From Vulcanimicrobiaceae bacterium (GTDB taxonomy: Bacteria; Vulcanimicrobiota; Vulcanimicrobiia; Vulcanimicrobiales; Vulcanimicrobiaceae), in NCBI GenBank assembly GCA_046262595.1, contig JBHEMM010000019.1, positions 6,378 to 24,186 on the forward strand: 17,809 nucleotides of DNA, read 5' to 3'. This document shows positions 1 through 8,176 of the stretch, piece after piece. A program made the translations under genes and the position numbers. How positions within the stretch are numbered: the first letter of the stretch is position 1; every line of letters starts with the position of its first letter. The notes below the pieces were generated by a model. It was not told the DNA's origin. It was given only the letters and a program-made list of their open reading frames with translations, and did no database searches.

Positions 1-1
1 T

Positions 2-463
2 CGCTACTTCGCGCAGCCGCCGCCGAAAAGCACCGGACGCGAGCATTTCGGCGCGCAGTTTCTGCGCGAGCATGCGGCGCTTCTCGATCCGCTCAGCCTG
101 CAGGATGCCGCGGCGACGCTGGCCGCTTTGACGGCGGCTTCTTTGGCGAACGCGATCGGCGCCAACGCTCCGCAGGGCGCCCGCGTTCTGGTGAGCGGCG
201 GTGGAGCACATAATGCGTGCCTCATGGGCTTACTGGAGCGCGATCTTCGCGGTTACACGGTTCAGCATTCGAGCGCGCTCAACGTGCACGGCGACGCCAA
301 AGAAGCCGTTGCGTTCGCAGTTCTGGGCTACGAGTTGCTGCGCGAGCGCGCCGCAAACGTTCCCCGCGTGACCGGCGCAAGCGGCCCGGTCTTGCTGGGC
401 GCGCTCGCGCCGCATGATTTGCTCTCGCTGCTCGCAAAAGTGCACACGGAATGCCGGACGTAA
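2..463 (+). CDS. anmK: Anhydro-N-acetylmuramic acid kinase, C-terminal part (5' end lies outside the window)
   Basis: The frame is open from base 2 and reads RYFAQPPPKSTGREHFG...SGGGAHN...DAKEAVAFAVLG...NVPRVTGA, all AnmK hallmark motifs. murQ lies two genes downstream. Confidence 0.95.
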   Translation, partial: RYFAQPPPKSTGREHFGAQFLREHAALLDPLSLQDAAATLAALTAASLANAIGANAPQGARVLVSGGGAHNACLMGLLERDLRGYTVQHSSALNVHGDAKEAVAFAVLGYELLRERAANVPRVTGASGPVLLGALAPHDLLSLLAKVHTECRT

Positions 464-1353
464 TCGTCGGCGTCGACGCCGGAGGAACGAAAACCGCGGT
501 CGCTTACCGTTTGGGCGATGCGCCGCCGCGCATCCTCATGGCCGAAGGCGCGAACGCCGCAACGCTCGGCCCCGAGCGCGCCGGCGCCTCGATTGCCTCG
601 CTCGTCGAACGCGCACTGGACGGAGCGCAGCCGCACGCGCTGTTCGTGGGCATGGCCGGCGGCGGCACTGCGTCGCTTGCCCAGAGCGTGCGGGACGTTC
701 TGCAAGCGCGTTTCGCGCGCGCGCGCATCGCCGTCGGGGACGATGCCGCAGCGGCGCTGCGAGCGAATATCCCCGGTGGGGACGGCGCGGTTTTAATCGC
801 CGGAACCGGTTCCATAGCATACGCGGAGTGCGGCGCCCAGACGTTTCGCTGCGGTGGTTTCGGCTATCTCTTGGGCGACGAAGGCAGCGGGTTTTCGATC
901 GGCGCCGCGGCCCTCAAACATCTTCTGCGCGCATACGATCGCCGCGGGCCGCGCGATGCGCTGGCCGATGCAATCGAAACGCATCTGCAGGTGCACGACG
1001 CGCAGGAGGCGGTTGCAGCGGTTTACGGCCGTAAGTTTCCTGTTACAACGATCGCGCAGGCCGGTGCCATCGTCGTCGAGGCCGCCGGAACGGGTGAGCG
1101 AAGCGCCTTGAAGATCGTGCAGAACGCAGCGCTCGAACTTTGCGATCTTGCCAAAGCGGTCATACGCAAAGCCGGCCTTTCGCAGACCGGCGCGCCGCTC
1201 GCGTTTTCCGGCGGGCTGCTCGGAACGAACAGTGTCCTCAGTTATCTGCTGGAAACGAGGCTGCTCAACGAGCTGCCGCAGACTCCGCTCGTGAAGACCG
1301 CAAACGCGCCCGTAAGCGGCGCGCTCATGCTCGCGAGCCGTCTGCTGCAATGA
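451..1353 (+). CDS. BadF/BadG/BcrA/BcrD-family ATPase, probable GlcNAc/MurNAc kinase (MurK/NAGK-like)
   Basis: N-terminal GVDAGGTKT phosphate motif, plus LIAGTGS, GGFGYLLGDEGSG and FSGGLL. Overlaps anmK by 13 nt and murQ by ATGA. Confidence 0.88.
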   Translation: MPDVIVGVDAGGTKTAVAYRLGDAPPRILMAEGANAATLGPERAGASIASLVERALDGAQPHALFVGMAGGGTASLAQSVRDVLQARFARARIAVGDDAAAALRANIPGGDGAVLIAGTGSIAYAECGAQTFRCGGFGYLLGDEGSGFSIGAAALKHLLRAYDRRGPRDALADAIETHLQVHDAQEAVAAVYGRKFPVTTIAQAGAIVVEAAGTGERSALKIVQNAALELCDLAKAVIRKAGLSQTGAPLAFSGGLLGTNSVLSYLLETRLLNELPQTPLVKTANAPVSGALMLASRLLQ

Positions 1354-2243
1354 GCGAGCTGCCGCAAACCGAGCAGATCAACCCGCGCACGCGCGAGTTG
1401 GATATCCTCGCGAGCGCCGACCTCACCGCCTTACTCGCGAGCGAGCAGCAGCAAGCGCTCGATGCGGTGCGCGCCGTGTCCGCAAGCATCGCGGACGCCG
1501 TGGATTGCATCGCGGCGCGCCTGCGCGCGGGCGGCGTTCTGCACTATGTCGGCGCGGGAACGAGCGGACGGCTCGGGTTTTTAGACGCATCGGAGATGCC
1601 GCCCACATTCGGTACGCCCCCGCGGCTGGTTTGCGCTCACATTGCGGGCGGGCGCGAGGCATTGACGCGCGCCATCGAAGGCGCCGAGGACGATGCGTCC
1701 GCCGGCGCAGCGGAAATGCGCGATCACGTTACTCCCGCTGATGCGGTTGCGGGCTTGAGCGCGAGCGGCGGCGCACCGTTCGTCGTGAGCGCGCTCGAAA
1801 GCGCGCGGGCGGCCGGCGCGTGGACGCTCGGCGTGGCGAACGTTCCGGGAAGCGCATTGACGAGGGATGCCGACCTCGGCATCCTTTTGGACACCGGCCC
1901 TGAGCCGCTCACCGGCTCGACACGGCTCAAAGCCGGAACGGCGCAGAAGATTCTGCTGAACACCCTTTCAACGGCAATCATGATCCGTTTGGGAAAAGTG
2001 CACGGCAATTTGATGGTGGACGTCGTCGCAACGAATGCGAAACTGCGCGACCGCGCACTGCGCTTGGTGCGCACGCTTACCGGCGCGCCGGAACCGCAAG
2101 CGCGGGCCCTGCTGCAGGCGGCAGGCGGCAGCGTCAAGGTCGCCGTTGCGATGCACGCTAACCGCTGCGAGGCGGCCGCGGCGCGCGCGCTGCTCGAAGC
2201 GCACGGCGGCGTCCTTCGCGCGGTGATCCTGCCCAAACCGTGA
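1350..2243 (+). CDS. murQ: N-acetylmuramic acid 6-phosphate etherase
   Basis: Start reassigned to ATG 1350 (ATGA overlap; MSELPQTEQINP). Motifs GAGTSGRLG, DASEMPPTF, EGAED, GPEPLTGSTRLKAGTAQK and GNLMVDV..TNAKL. Confidence 0.96.
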   Translation: MSELPQTEQINPRTRELDILASADLTALLASEQQQALDAVRAVSASIADAVDCIAARLRAGGVLHYVGAGTSGRLGFLDASEMPPTFGTPPRLVCAHIAGGREALTRAIEGAEDDASAGAAEMRDHVTPADAVAGLSASGGAPFVVSALESARAAGAWTLGVANVPGSALTRDADLGILLDTGPEPLTGSTRLKAGTAQKILLNTLSTAIMIRLGKVHGNLMVDVVATNAKLRDRALRLVRTLTGAPEPQARALLQAAGGSVKVAVAMHANRCEAAAARALLEAHGGVLRAVILPKP

Positions 2244-3748
2244 TTGCGTTCGTTCTTGCGCTGATAACGTTCGTGCCGCTCGACGATCGGCCCGTCACGC
2301 GCCAGTTGCCGCAGATGCTCGCGCAGATTGCCGGCGAACGTCTGATCGAGCCGCCGCGCCGACTGCTTGGCAATTACCTCAGCTTCGGCAAACCCGACGC
2401 GATCGCGGCGTGGCTGAACGGTGCGCAGCCGCGCGCATCCGGCGCCTTCGTCATTTCCACCGATATGCTCGCATACGGCGGCCTCGTCGCCTCGCGCGTT
2501 CCCGGCGTCACTTATGCCGATGCGTTTTACCGCCTGGGCGAACTCACGCATTTGCGCGCGCGCCATCCGCATGCGTGGATCGGCGCGTTCGGGACCGTGA
2601 TGCGCCTCGCGCCGACCGGCGTTCCTTCGCTCGGATCGGCGGCACAATTTTTTGCCGCGTACCCCGCGTGGGACTACTTGCAGCAGTATGCGAACCTGCA
2701 CGATCCGCCGCTCCGAAGCGAACTGGCGCTCGCGCAACAGCTCAGATCCCTCGTTGGAGAGCCGCTGCTGCAGGCCTATCTGCAGACACGCGCGCGCAAC
2801 TTGAGCGTCGATCTGCACGAAATCGGTCTCGCGCGCGCAAGCGGCTTGAATGCACTCGCGCTCGGGCAGGACGATGCCGGCCCATACGGGCTGCACCTCA
2901 AAGACGTCTCGGCGCTGCAGCAAGCGGCAGCGCAAATGCCCGGACGCATCGCCATCGAACCGGGCGCCGACGAATTAGGAATGGCGATGGTGGCCCACGC
3001 GCTTGCGCGCAGCGTGCATTGGTTTCCGTCGGTGGCCGTGCATTATTATCCCGCAGCGGGCGGCTCGATCAACGATCCGCTGGAGTATGCGCCCATCGAC
3101 GTAGCCGTCGGCTCACTTATCACGCTCTGCGGCGCTGTGCGCACGCAGGGGCCCGCCGACATTCACCTGTACGTGCGCGCGCCGGGATCGAACGCGCAGG
3201 ACGATGCCGCGCTCCAGCAGGCGCTGCAGGCAGACGAGACGGCGGGCGACTCCGTGGCGTTCGCCGATCTGACGTTCTTGGAAGATTCGTTCGCCAGTCA
3301 AGCGCGCTTCGCTGAGTCACTGCTTGCCGGCGGCCTGGCTTCGAAGCTCGACGCGTATTCGTCGTGGAACACGAATGCGAATACGGTGGGCACGGCGATC
3401 GCAGAAGCGGTCGCCGCCGGCGCCGGACGGCGCAGCCACCGTTACGACGCGTTGGCGCACAAGACGTTCACGTTCAACCGCATCGTGGACGACTATGCGT
3501 TCCACGATTACGTTCGCCCCGATCTCAACGCGTGGCTGAGCTCGCAAGGTATCGCCGACCATACGTATCTCTTGCCGGGACCGGCGGCACAGGCCGCATC
3601 GCGCAACGGCGCGGAACTGTTCGCGCGCGCTGCCGCATTACTGCCGCACCTCTATCCGGGCTATCACATCGCCGCAATGCAAATTACGCTGCCGTGGAAC
3701 CGGACGTTCGAAACCGAAATCGACGCAGCGCTGGCGCCGCGGCTTTAG
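2240..3748 (+). CDS. DUF4127-like protein of unknown function
   Basis: 502 aa, with a GTGA overlap with the murQ stop. Motifs PLDDRP, DMLAYGGLVASR, GQDD, PGADE and WNTxANTxG are recalled from DUF4127. Confidence 0.8.
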   Translation: MIAFVLALITFVPLDDRPVTRQLPQMLAQIAGERLIEPPRRLLGNYLSFGKPDAIAAWLNGAQPRASGAFVISTDMLAYGGLVASRVPGVTYADAFYRLGELTHLRARHPHAWIGAFGTVMRLAPTGVPSLGSAAQFFAAYPAWDYLQQYANLHDPPLRSELALAQQLRSLVGEPLLQAYLQTRARNLSVDLHEIGLARASGLNALALGQDDAGPYGLHLKDVSALQQAAAQMPGRIAIEPGADELGMAMVAHALARSVHWFPSVAVHYYPAAGGSINDPLEYAPIDVAVGSLITLCGAVRTQGPADIHLYVRAPGSNAQDDAALQQALQADETAGDSVAFADLTFLEDSFASQARFAESLLAGGLASKLDAYSSWNTNANTVGTAIAEAVAAGAGRRSHRYDALAHKTFTFNRIVDDYAFHDYVRPDLNAWLSSQGIADHTYLLPGPAAQAASRNGAELFARAAALLPHLYPGYHIAAMQITLPWNRTFETEIDAALAPRL

Positions 3749-3753
3749 CGCGG

Positions 3754-4659
3754 CTAGCGGACGAGGTCGCCGGCCAGAACGAAAACGATGCCGCGCGCCT
3801 GCAGTTGGGCATAAAGCGCGCGCAGCGCCGCAAGCGTCGTCGGCTTGGGATGCCCGATCGCGATCGCGCTGCCTTTGCGCTGCGCGACGCCGGCGGCATG
3901 AAGCAGCATCGCTTCCGTGTACGCCGTATCGGCTTCGTTATCCAAAAAGACATCGCGCGACGCGTTGGGAATGCCGTCCGCTTGCGCGAGCGCCGCTCCC
4001 ACCGTTGCCTTGTTCGTGCGAGAATCGATAAAGAACAGGCCGTGCTGCTTCACAACGGAGAGCACGTGGGCCATCACCCGCGCGTCCGCGCTTGCGGCGC
4101 TGCCCTCGTGATTGTTCACTCCCGCGGCTAGCGGAACTTGTGCAAGATCGTCTTGCGTCTGTGCATCGACGGCGTCATCGCTCATCGCCGTTTCGATCTC
4201 GCCTTCGCCCGAGCGCTTGTGCGAGAGCGGCTCCATCGGCAGATGCAGCATCACGCCTTTGCCGGCGCCGGAGGCTTCGGCGGCGATTTGCGCCGTGTAG
4301 CGCACGTGCGGCATGACGGAAAGCGTGATGGGAATCGGAAGCGCGATAAGCGCGCGCTCTATCCCGGGCCACTGTCCGCAGTCGTCAATGATGATTGCGA
4401 GTTTCGCGGGCGTGGCGGCGGCCGCCGTAGAGGATACGCTCGGCGCAAACGTCGCGCCGGGCGATGCCTGCGCCGAGGGCGAGGGCAACGGCGTTGCGGC
4501 CGGCCGCGGCGAGGCGCCGTGGACGCGGTACGCATACCGTTTTCCCGGATGATGAGCGCGCGGAACGATGGTCCATGTGACGCCCGCAAGCAATGCGAGC
4601 GCAATAAAAACGGGCAACGCCGGATTGCTCCGCCGCGTGCGCCGGCGTCTACGAGGCAT
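3754..4659 (-). CDS. Divergent polysaccharide deacetylase (YibQ/Polysacc_deac_2-like), N-terminally membrane anchored
   Basis: Arg-rich N-terminus, one hydrophobic segment and a Pro/Ala/Ser linker, then IIIDDCG, LHLPMEP, NNHEGS, FIDSRT, RDVFLDN and AIGHP. Confidence 0.9.
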   Translation of the reverse strand: MPRRRRRTRRSNPALPVFIALALLAGVTWTIVPRAHHPGKRYAYRVHGASPRPAATPLPSPSAQASPGATFAPSVSSTAAAATPAKLAIIIDDCGQWPGIERALIALPIPITLSVMPHVRYTAQIAAEASGAGKGVMLHLPMEPLSHKRSGEGEIETAMSDDAVDAQTQDDLAQVPLAAGVNNHEGSAASADARVMAHVLSVVKQHGLFFIDSRTNKATVGAALAQADGIPNASRDVFLDNEADTAYTEAMLLHAAGVAQRKGSAIAIGHPKPTTLAALRALYAQLQARGIVFVLAGDLVR

Positions 4660-4685
4660 AAGTGCTATTAATTGCGCACCTGGGG

Positions 4686-4698
4686 TAAAGTGTCATGC
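4686..4698 (+). promoter_or_regulatory. Possible -10 element of a leaderless transcript
   Basis: TAAAGT (TAnnnT) at 4686-4691, 7 nt before ATG 4699, in a 39-nt divergent gap without a convincing Shine-Dalgarno. Confidence 0.35.
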
Positions 4699-5607
4699 AT
4701 GCCCGCATACGATGCGCTCATCATCGGCGGCGGTCCCGCCGGTTTAAGCGCTGCCTTAAGCCTCGGACGGTCGTGCCGTTCGGTGCTGGTTTGCGACGAC
4801 GGACAGCCGCGCAACGCCGTTGCGGATCGGATGCACGGCTTTCTTTCGCGCGACGGGACGCCGCCGGCGGAACTGCTCCGCACGGCGCGCGAGCAGCTCG
4901 CCCAGTATGCGTCGGTCAGCTTTCGCGCGGGGCACATTGCGGCGGCTTCAAAAGAACGTGACGCGTTCGTCCTCGAGTCGGATGCCGGCGAACGCTTTGA
5001 GGCGCGCACCGTCCTCTTGTCGACGGGTGTTTACGACGAGTTGCCGGCGATCGACGGAGTCCGCGAGCAGTGGGGCCGCAGCGTCTTCGTGTGCCCCTAC
5101 TGCGACGGATGGGAAGTGCGCGGCAGACGGCTTGCGATCCTCGGCAAAGGCGGGCGCGCGATCGAGCTCGCGCAAGAGCTGCGACAATGGAGCGACGATC
5201 TGTTGGTGTGCCTGCAGCGCGACGGAGAGGTAAGCGAGAAGCAGAAGCGTTGGCTCGAACGCAGCCGGGCGAACGTCCGCGAGGCGGAAGTCGTGCGCGT
5301 GCAAGACGAACGGGGCGGCCTGCGGCTTCACTTTTCGGATGGTGCGCACGAGCTTTGCGACGCGCTCTTCCTTTGCGCGCCGCTGCGTCAGCGCTATCCG
5401 CTGGTGGCAATGCTCGGCTGCAGCCTCGGTCCCGACGGGAATATCGCCGCCGACAATCACGGGCGGACCGGCGTCGGCGGCGTCTACGCCGCCGGCGATG
5501 CGGCGAGCAGCGTGCATCAGGTCATGTTGGCCGCGGCGAGCGGCGTTTGCGCGGGCATGGCAATCAACGAAGACTTGCTTGCGGCCGAGGTTGAAGCGCT
5601 GTCCTGA
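4699..5607 (+). CDS. NAD(P)/FAD-dependent oxidoreductase, thioredoxin-reductase-like with CxxC
   Basis: Start at ATG 4699 (MPAYDALIIGGGPAGLSAA). Contains VLLSTG, FVCPYCDGWE and GVYAAGD. Confidence 0.9.
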   Translation: MPAYDALIIGGGPAGLSAALSLGRSCRSVLVCDDGQPRNAVADRMHGFLSRDGTPPAELLRTAREQLAQYASVSFRAGHIAAASKERDAFVLESDAGERFEARTVLLSTGVYDELPAIDGVREQWGRSVFVCPYCDGWEVRGRRLAILGKGGRAIELAQELRQWSDDLLVCLQRDGEVSEKQKRWLERSRANVREAEVVRVQDERGGLRLHFSDGAHELCDALFLCAPLRQRYPLVAMLGCSLGPDGNIAADNHGRTGVGGVYAAGDAASSVHQVMLAAASGVCAGMAINEDLLAAEVEALS

Positions 5608-6179
5608 TGCATGTCGCCGTGCTCTACGGTTCGGTACGAAAGAACCGTCAAGGTATTAAACTCGCGCGGTTCGCCGATAAAGAGCTGGAGCGCCGGGGCT
5701 GTACGTCCACACTCGTCGATCCCGAGGTGCACCGTTTGCCTTTGCTCGAAATGCAATACTCGGATTATCCGGCCGGCGAAGCGCCCGTGCAGTTAGAAGA
5801 ACTCGCACAATTGTACCGCTCGGTGGATGGTTTCCTCATCGTGAGCGGCGAGTACAACCACGGCATTCCGCCCGCGCTCAAAAATCTGCTGGACTACTTT
5901 TTGGAAGAGTATTTTTCGCGGCCCGCGGGCATCGTGTCGTATTCCGGCGGCCGCTTCGGCGGCGTGCGCGCGGCGATGCAGCTGCGCATGACGCTGGCGG
6001 AACTGGGCATGCCGACGATCCCGACGACGTTACCGGTGGGCAACGTCGGCGAATCGTTCGATGAGGAAGGCGTTCCGGCGGATCCGCGCTTCACCGAACG
6101 CAGCGCTCAGTTTTTCGACGAGTTCTCCTGGTACATGCAAGCTCTGAAAGCGCAGCGTGCTGCGGGGCTCCCCTACTAA
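5607..6179 (+). CDS. NADPH-dependent FMN reductase (flavodoxin-like fold)
   Basis: LYGSVR, EYNHGIPPALKNLLD and YSGGRFGGVRA motifs. TGATG overlap with the upstream gene. Confidence 0.92.
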   Translation: MHVAVLYGSVRKNRQGIKLARFADKELERRGCTSTLVDPEVHRLPLLEMQYSDYPAGEAPVQLEELAQLYRSVDGFLIVSGEYNHGIPPALKNLLDYFLEEYFSRPAGIVSYSGGRFGGVRAAMQLRMTLAELGMPTIPTTLPVGNVGESFDEEGVPADPRFTERSAQFFDEFSWYMQALKAQRAAGLPY

Positions 6180-6200
6180 GCGCACCGGCTGCCGGAACCG

Positions 6201-6596
6201 CTACTCCCGCTCGCACAATTCGATCAGCACGCCGGCCGTGCTCGCCGGGTGGAGAAATGCGATGCTGTTTCCGTGCGCGCCTTTGCGGGGCGACTCGTCG
6301 ATCAAGCGCACGCCTTGCGCTTTCAAACGCGCCAGCTCCGCCCGCAGATCGGCAACGCGGTAAGCCGTATGATGAAGTTTCGTTTGCGCCTGCCCGCGGT
6401 ATTTTGCGATAGGCGAGCCTTCGTCGAGCGGGCACAGCAGTTCGATAACGGAGTCGCCGGCGCGCAGGCCGACGGCTTCAACGCCCTGATCGGCGATCGT
6501 TTCACGGTAGACTTGCTCGAAGCCGAGCGTTTTCACGTAAACCTCGAGCGTCGACTCGAGGTCTTTGACAACGATCGCCACGTGATCGATCTGCAT
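6201..6596 (-). CDS. mce: Methylmalonyl-CoA epimerase (VOC fold)
   Basis: The true start is ATG 6596 (TGATG overlap with the mutase stop), inside the longer tracked ORF 6201..7583. Sequence [10 protein letters not shown]...LHHTAY...GAHGNSIAFLHP...GVLIELCE, 131 aa. Confidence 0.93.
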   Translation of the reverse strand: MQIDHVAIVVKDLESTLEVYVKTLGFEQVYRETIADQGVEAVGLRAGDSVIELLCPLDEGSPIAKYRGQAQTKLHHTAYRVADLRAELARLKAQGVRLIDESPRKGAHGNSIAFLHPASTAGVLIELCERE

Positions 6597-8176
6597 CAGG
6601 CGACCGCCTCGGGCGCCCGGTAAACGCCGAACACTTCGCGCAGCACGTTGCAAACTTCCCCGAGCGTTGCGCCGGCGTCGACGGCTTCGATGAAATGCGG
6701 CATCAGGTTCTCGCCCCCGCGCGCGGCATCTCGAACGCAGGAAAGCCGGTCCAGCACGAGCGCGTTCTCCCGGTTTGCGCGGAAAGCGATGACGCGATCC
6801 ACTTGCTCCTGTTCGACGGCATCTTCCACGCGCTGCAGCGGTAGAGCGCTCTGTTCGCTGCCCGGCTCGGCAAAGCGGTTCACGCCTACGACCACTTGGC
6901 GCCCCCGTTCGATGTCCTGCTGCGCGCGGTATGCCGAGTCGGCAATGCGCGATTGCATCCAGCCGCTCTCGATTGCCGCAATGCTGCCGCCGAGATCGTC
7001 GACTTCGGCGATGAGCGCGCTTGCGCGGTCGATCAAGCCGTTCGTCAGCGACTCGACGTAATACGATCCGGCAAGCGGATCCGCGACCTGAGCGACGCCG
7101 CTCTCGTATCCGATGATCTGCTGCGTGCGCAGCGCGACCTTTGCGGCTTGCGCCGTGGGAAGAGCGAGCGCCTCGTCTTTGCCGTTCGTGTGCAGCGACT
7201 GCGTGCCGCCCAGCACCGCCGCCAATGCCTGCAGCGTGACCCGCACGACGTTGTTGTCGGGCTCTTGAGCGGTTAGCGTTGAGCCGGCCGTTTGCGTATG
7301 AAAGCGAAGCATGTGCGAGCGCGGATCTTTGCATTTGAACTCGTCGCGCGTGATGTGAGCCCAAAGATACCGCGCCGCGCGAAACTTCGCCACCTCTTCG
7401 AAGAGATCGTTGTGCGCATTCCAAAAAAACGAGAGGCGCGGCGCTATCCGGTCCGGATCGATCCCGGCCTCGCGGGCGGCGCGCAGATACGCTTTGCCGT
7501 TGGAAAGTGTGAACGCCAGTTCTTCGAGCGCCGTGGACCCTGCTTCGCGGATGTGGTACCCTGAGATCGAAATCGTGTTCCATTGCGGCACGTGCTGGGC
7601 GCAGAACGCCATAACGTCCGTCACCAAGCGCATCGAGGGCGCCGGAGGATAGATGTAGGTGCCCCGTGCGACATATTCTTTGAGGACGTCGTTTTGCGTC
7701 GTGCCGCCGAGCTTCTCGAACGCGATGCCGCGCCGCCGCGCGACTGCGAGCAGCATCGCAAGCAGAATCGCCGCGGGCGCGTTAATCGTCATGGAAACGG
7801 TCACGCGATCCAGCGGGATGTTCTCGAACAGCGTTTCCATATCGTCGATCGTATCGATCGCTACGCCGACCTTGCCCACTTCGCCGCGCGCGAGCGGCGC
7901 ATCCGAGTCGTGTCCGAGTTGCGTCGGCAAGTCAAACGCAACGGACAGCCCCGTGGTGCCTTGTTCGAGCAGGTACCGGTAGCGCGCGTTCGACTGCGTC
8001 GCCGTCGCGAAGCCGGCGTATTGGCGCATCGTCCAAAGCCGGCCGCGGTACATATCTTTGCGGATGCCCCGCGTGTACGGAAAAGCGCCCGGGAGGCCGG
8101 CTTCGTGCTGCGGACCTTCAATCTGCGCGTACACGGGCTTGACGGGAACGCCGCCCGGATTTTCGCCGCCGGTCAT
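6596..8176 (-). CDS. Methylmalonyl-CoA mutase, substrate-binding (large) subunit without a cobalamin-binding domain
   Basis: [14 protein letters not shown] (Tyr specificity residue of MCM), [17 protein letters not shown] (Arg specificity residue), [11 protein letters not shown] and [12 protein letters not shown]. Ends at 526 aa with no DxHxxG motif. Confidence 0.93.
   Translation of the reverse strand: MTGGENPGGVPVKPVYAQIEGPQHEAGLPGAFPYTRGIRKDMYRGRLWTMRQYAGFATATQSNARYRYLLEQGTTGLSVAFDLPTQLGHDSDAPLARGEVGKVGVAIDTIDDMETLFENIPLDRVTVSMTINAPAAILLAMLLAVARRRGIAFEKLGGTTQNDVLKEYVARGTYIYPPAPSMRLVTDVMAFCAQHVPQWNTISISGYHIREAGSTALEELAFTLSNGKAYLRAAREAGIDPDRIAPRLSFFWNAHNDLFEEVAKFRAARYLWAHITRDEFKCKDPRSHMLRFHTQTAGSTLTAQEPDNNVVRVTLQALAAVLGGTQSLHTNGKDEALALPTAQAAKVALRTQQIIGYESGVAQVADPLAGSYYVESLTNGLIDRASALIAEVDDLGGSIAAIESGWMQSRIADSAYRAQQDIERGRQVVVGVNRFAEPGSEQSALPLQRVEDAVEQEQVDRVIAFRANRENALVLDRLSCVRDAARGGENLMPHFIEAVDAGATLGEVCNVLREVFGVYRAPEAVA

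Noticed and set aside
1140..1349. Upstream ORF-track extensions of murQ, and likewise of pccB (12677), the barrel (12652), the MFS (17206) and DUF59 (17612)
   Set aside because: They overlap other genes or promoter regions and lack family-like sequence. Downstream ATGs fit coupling or Shine-Dalgarno signals better.
6180..6200. Inverted repeat CCGG-ctg-CCGG between convergent genes as a terminator
   Set aside because: The stem is only 4 bp and there is no U-tract on either strand.
6201..7583. 460-aa ORF suggesting an N-terminally extended epimerase or a mutase-epimerase frameshift fusion
   Set aside because: The extension is Arg-rich alternative-frame sequence over the mutase. A clean TGATG junction at 6594-6598 explains two separate genes.
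6596..8176. Mutase as an isobutyryl-, 2-hydroxyisobutyryl- or ethylmalonyl-CoA mutase
   Set aside because: It retains RQYAGF Tyr and the carboxylate-binding Arg typical of methylmalonyl-CoA mutase, and sits beside mce and pccB.
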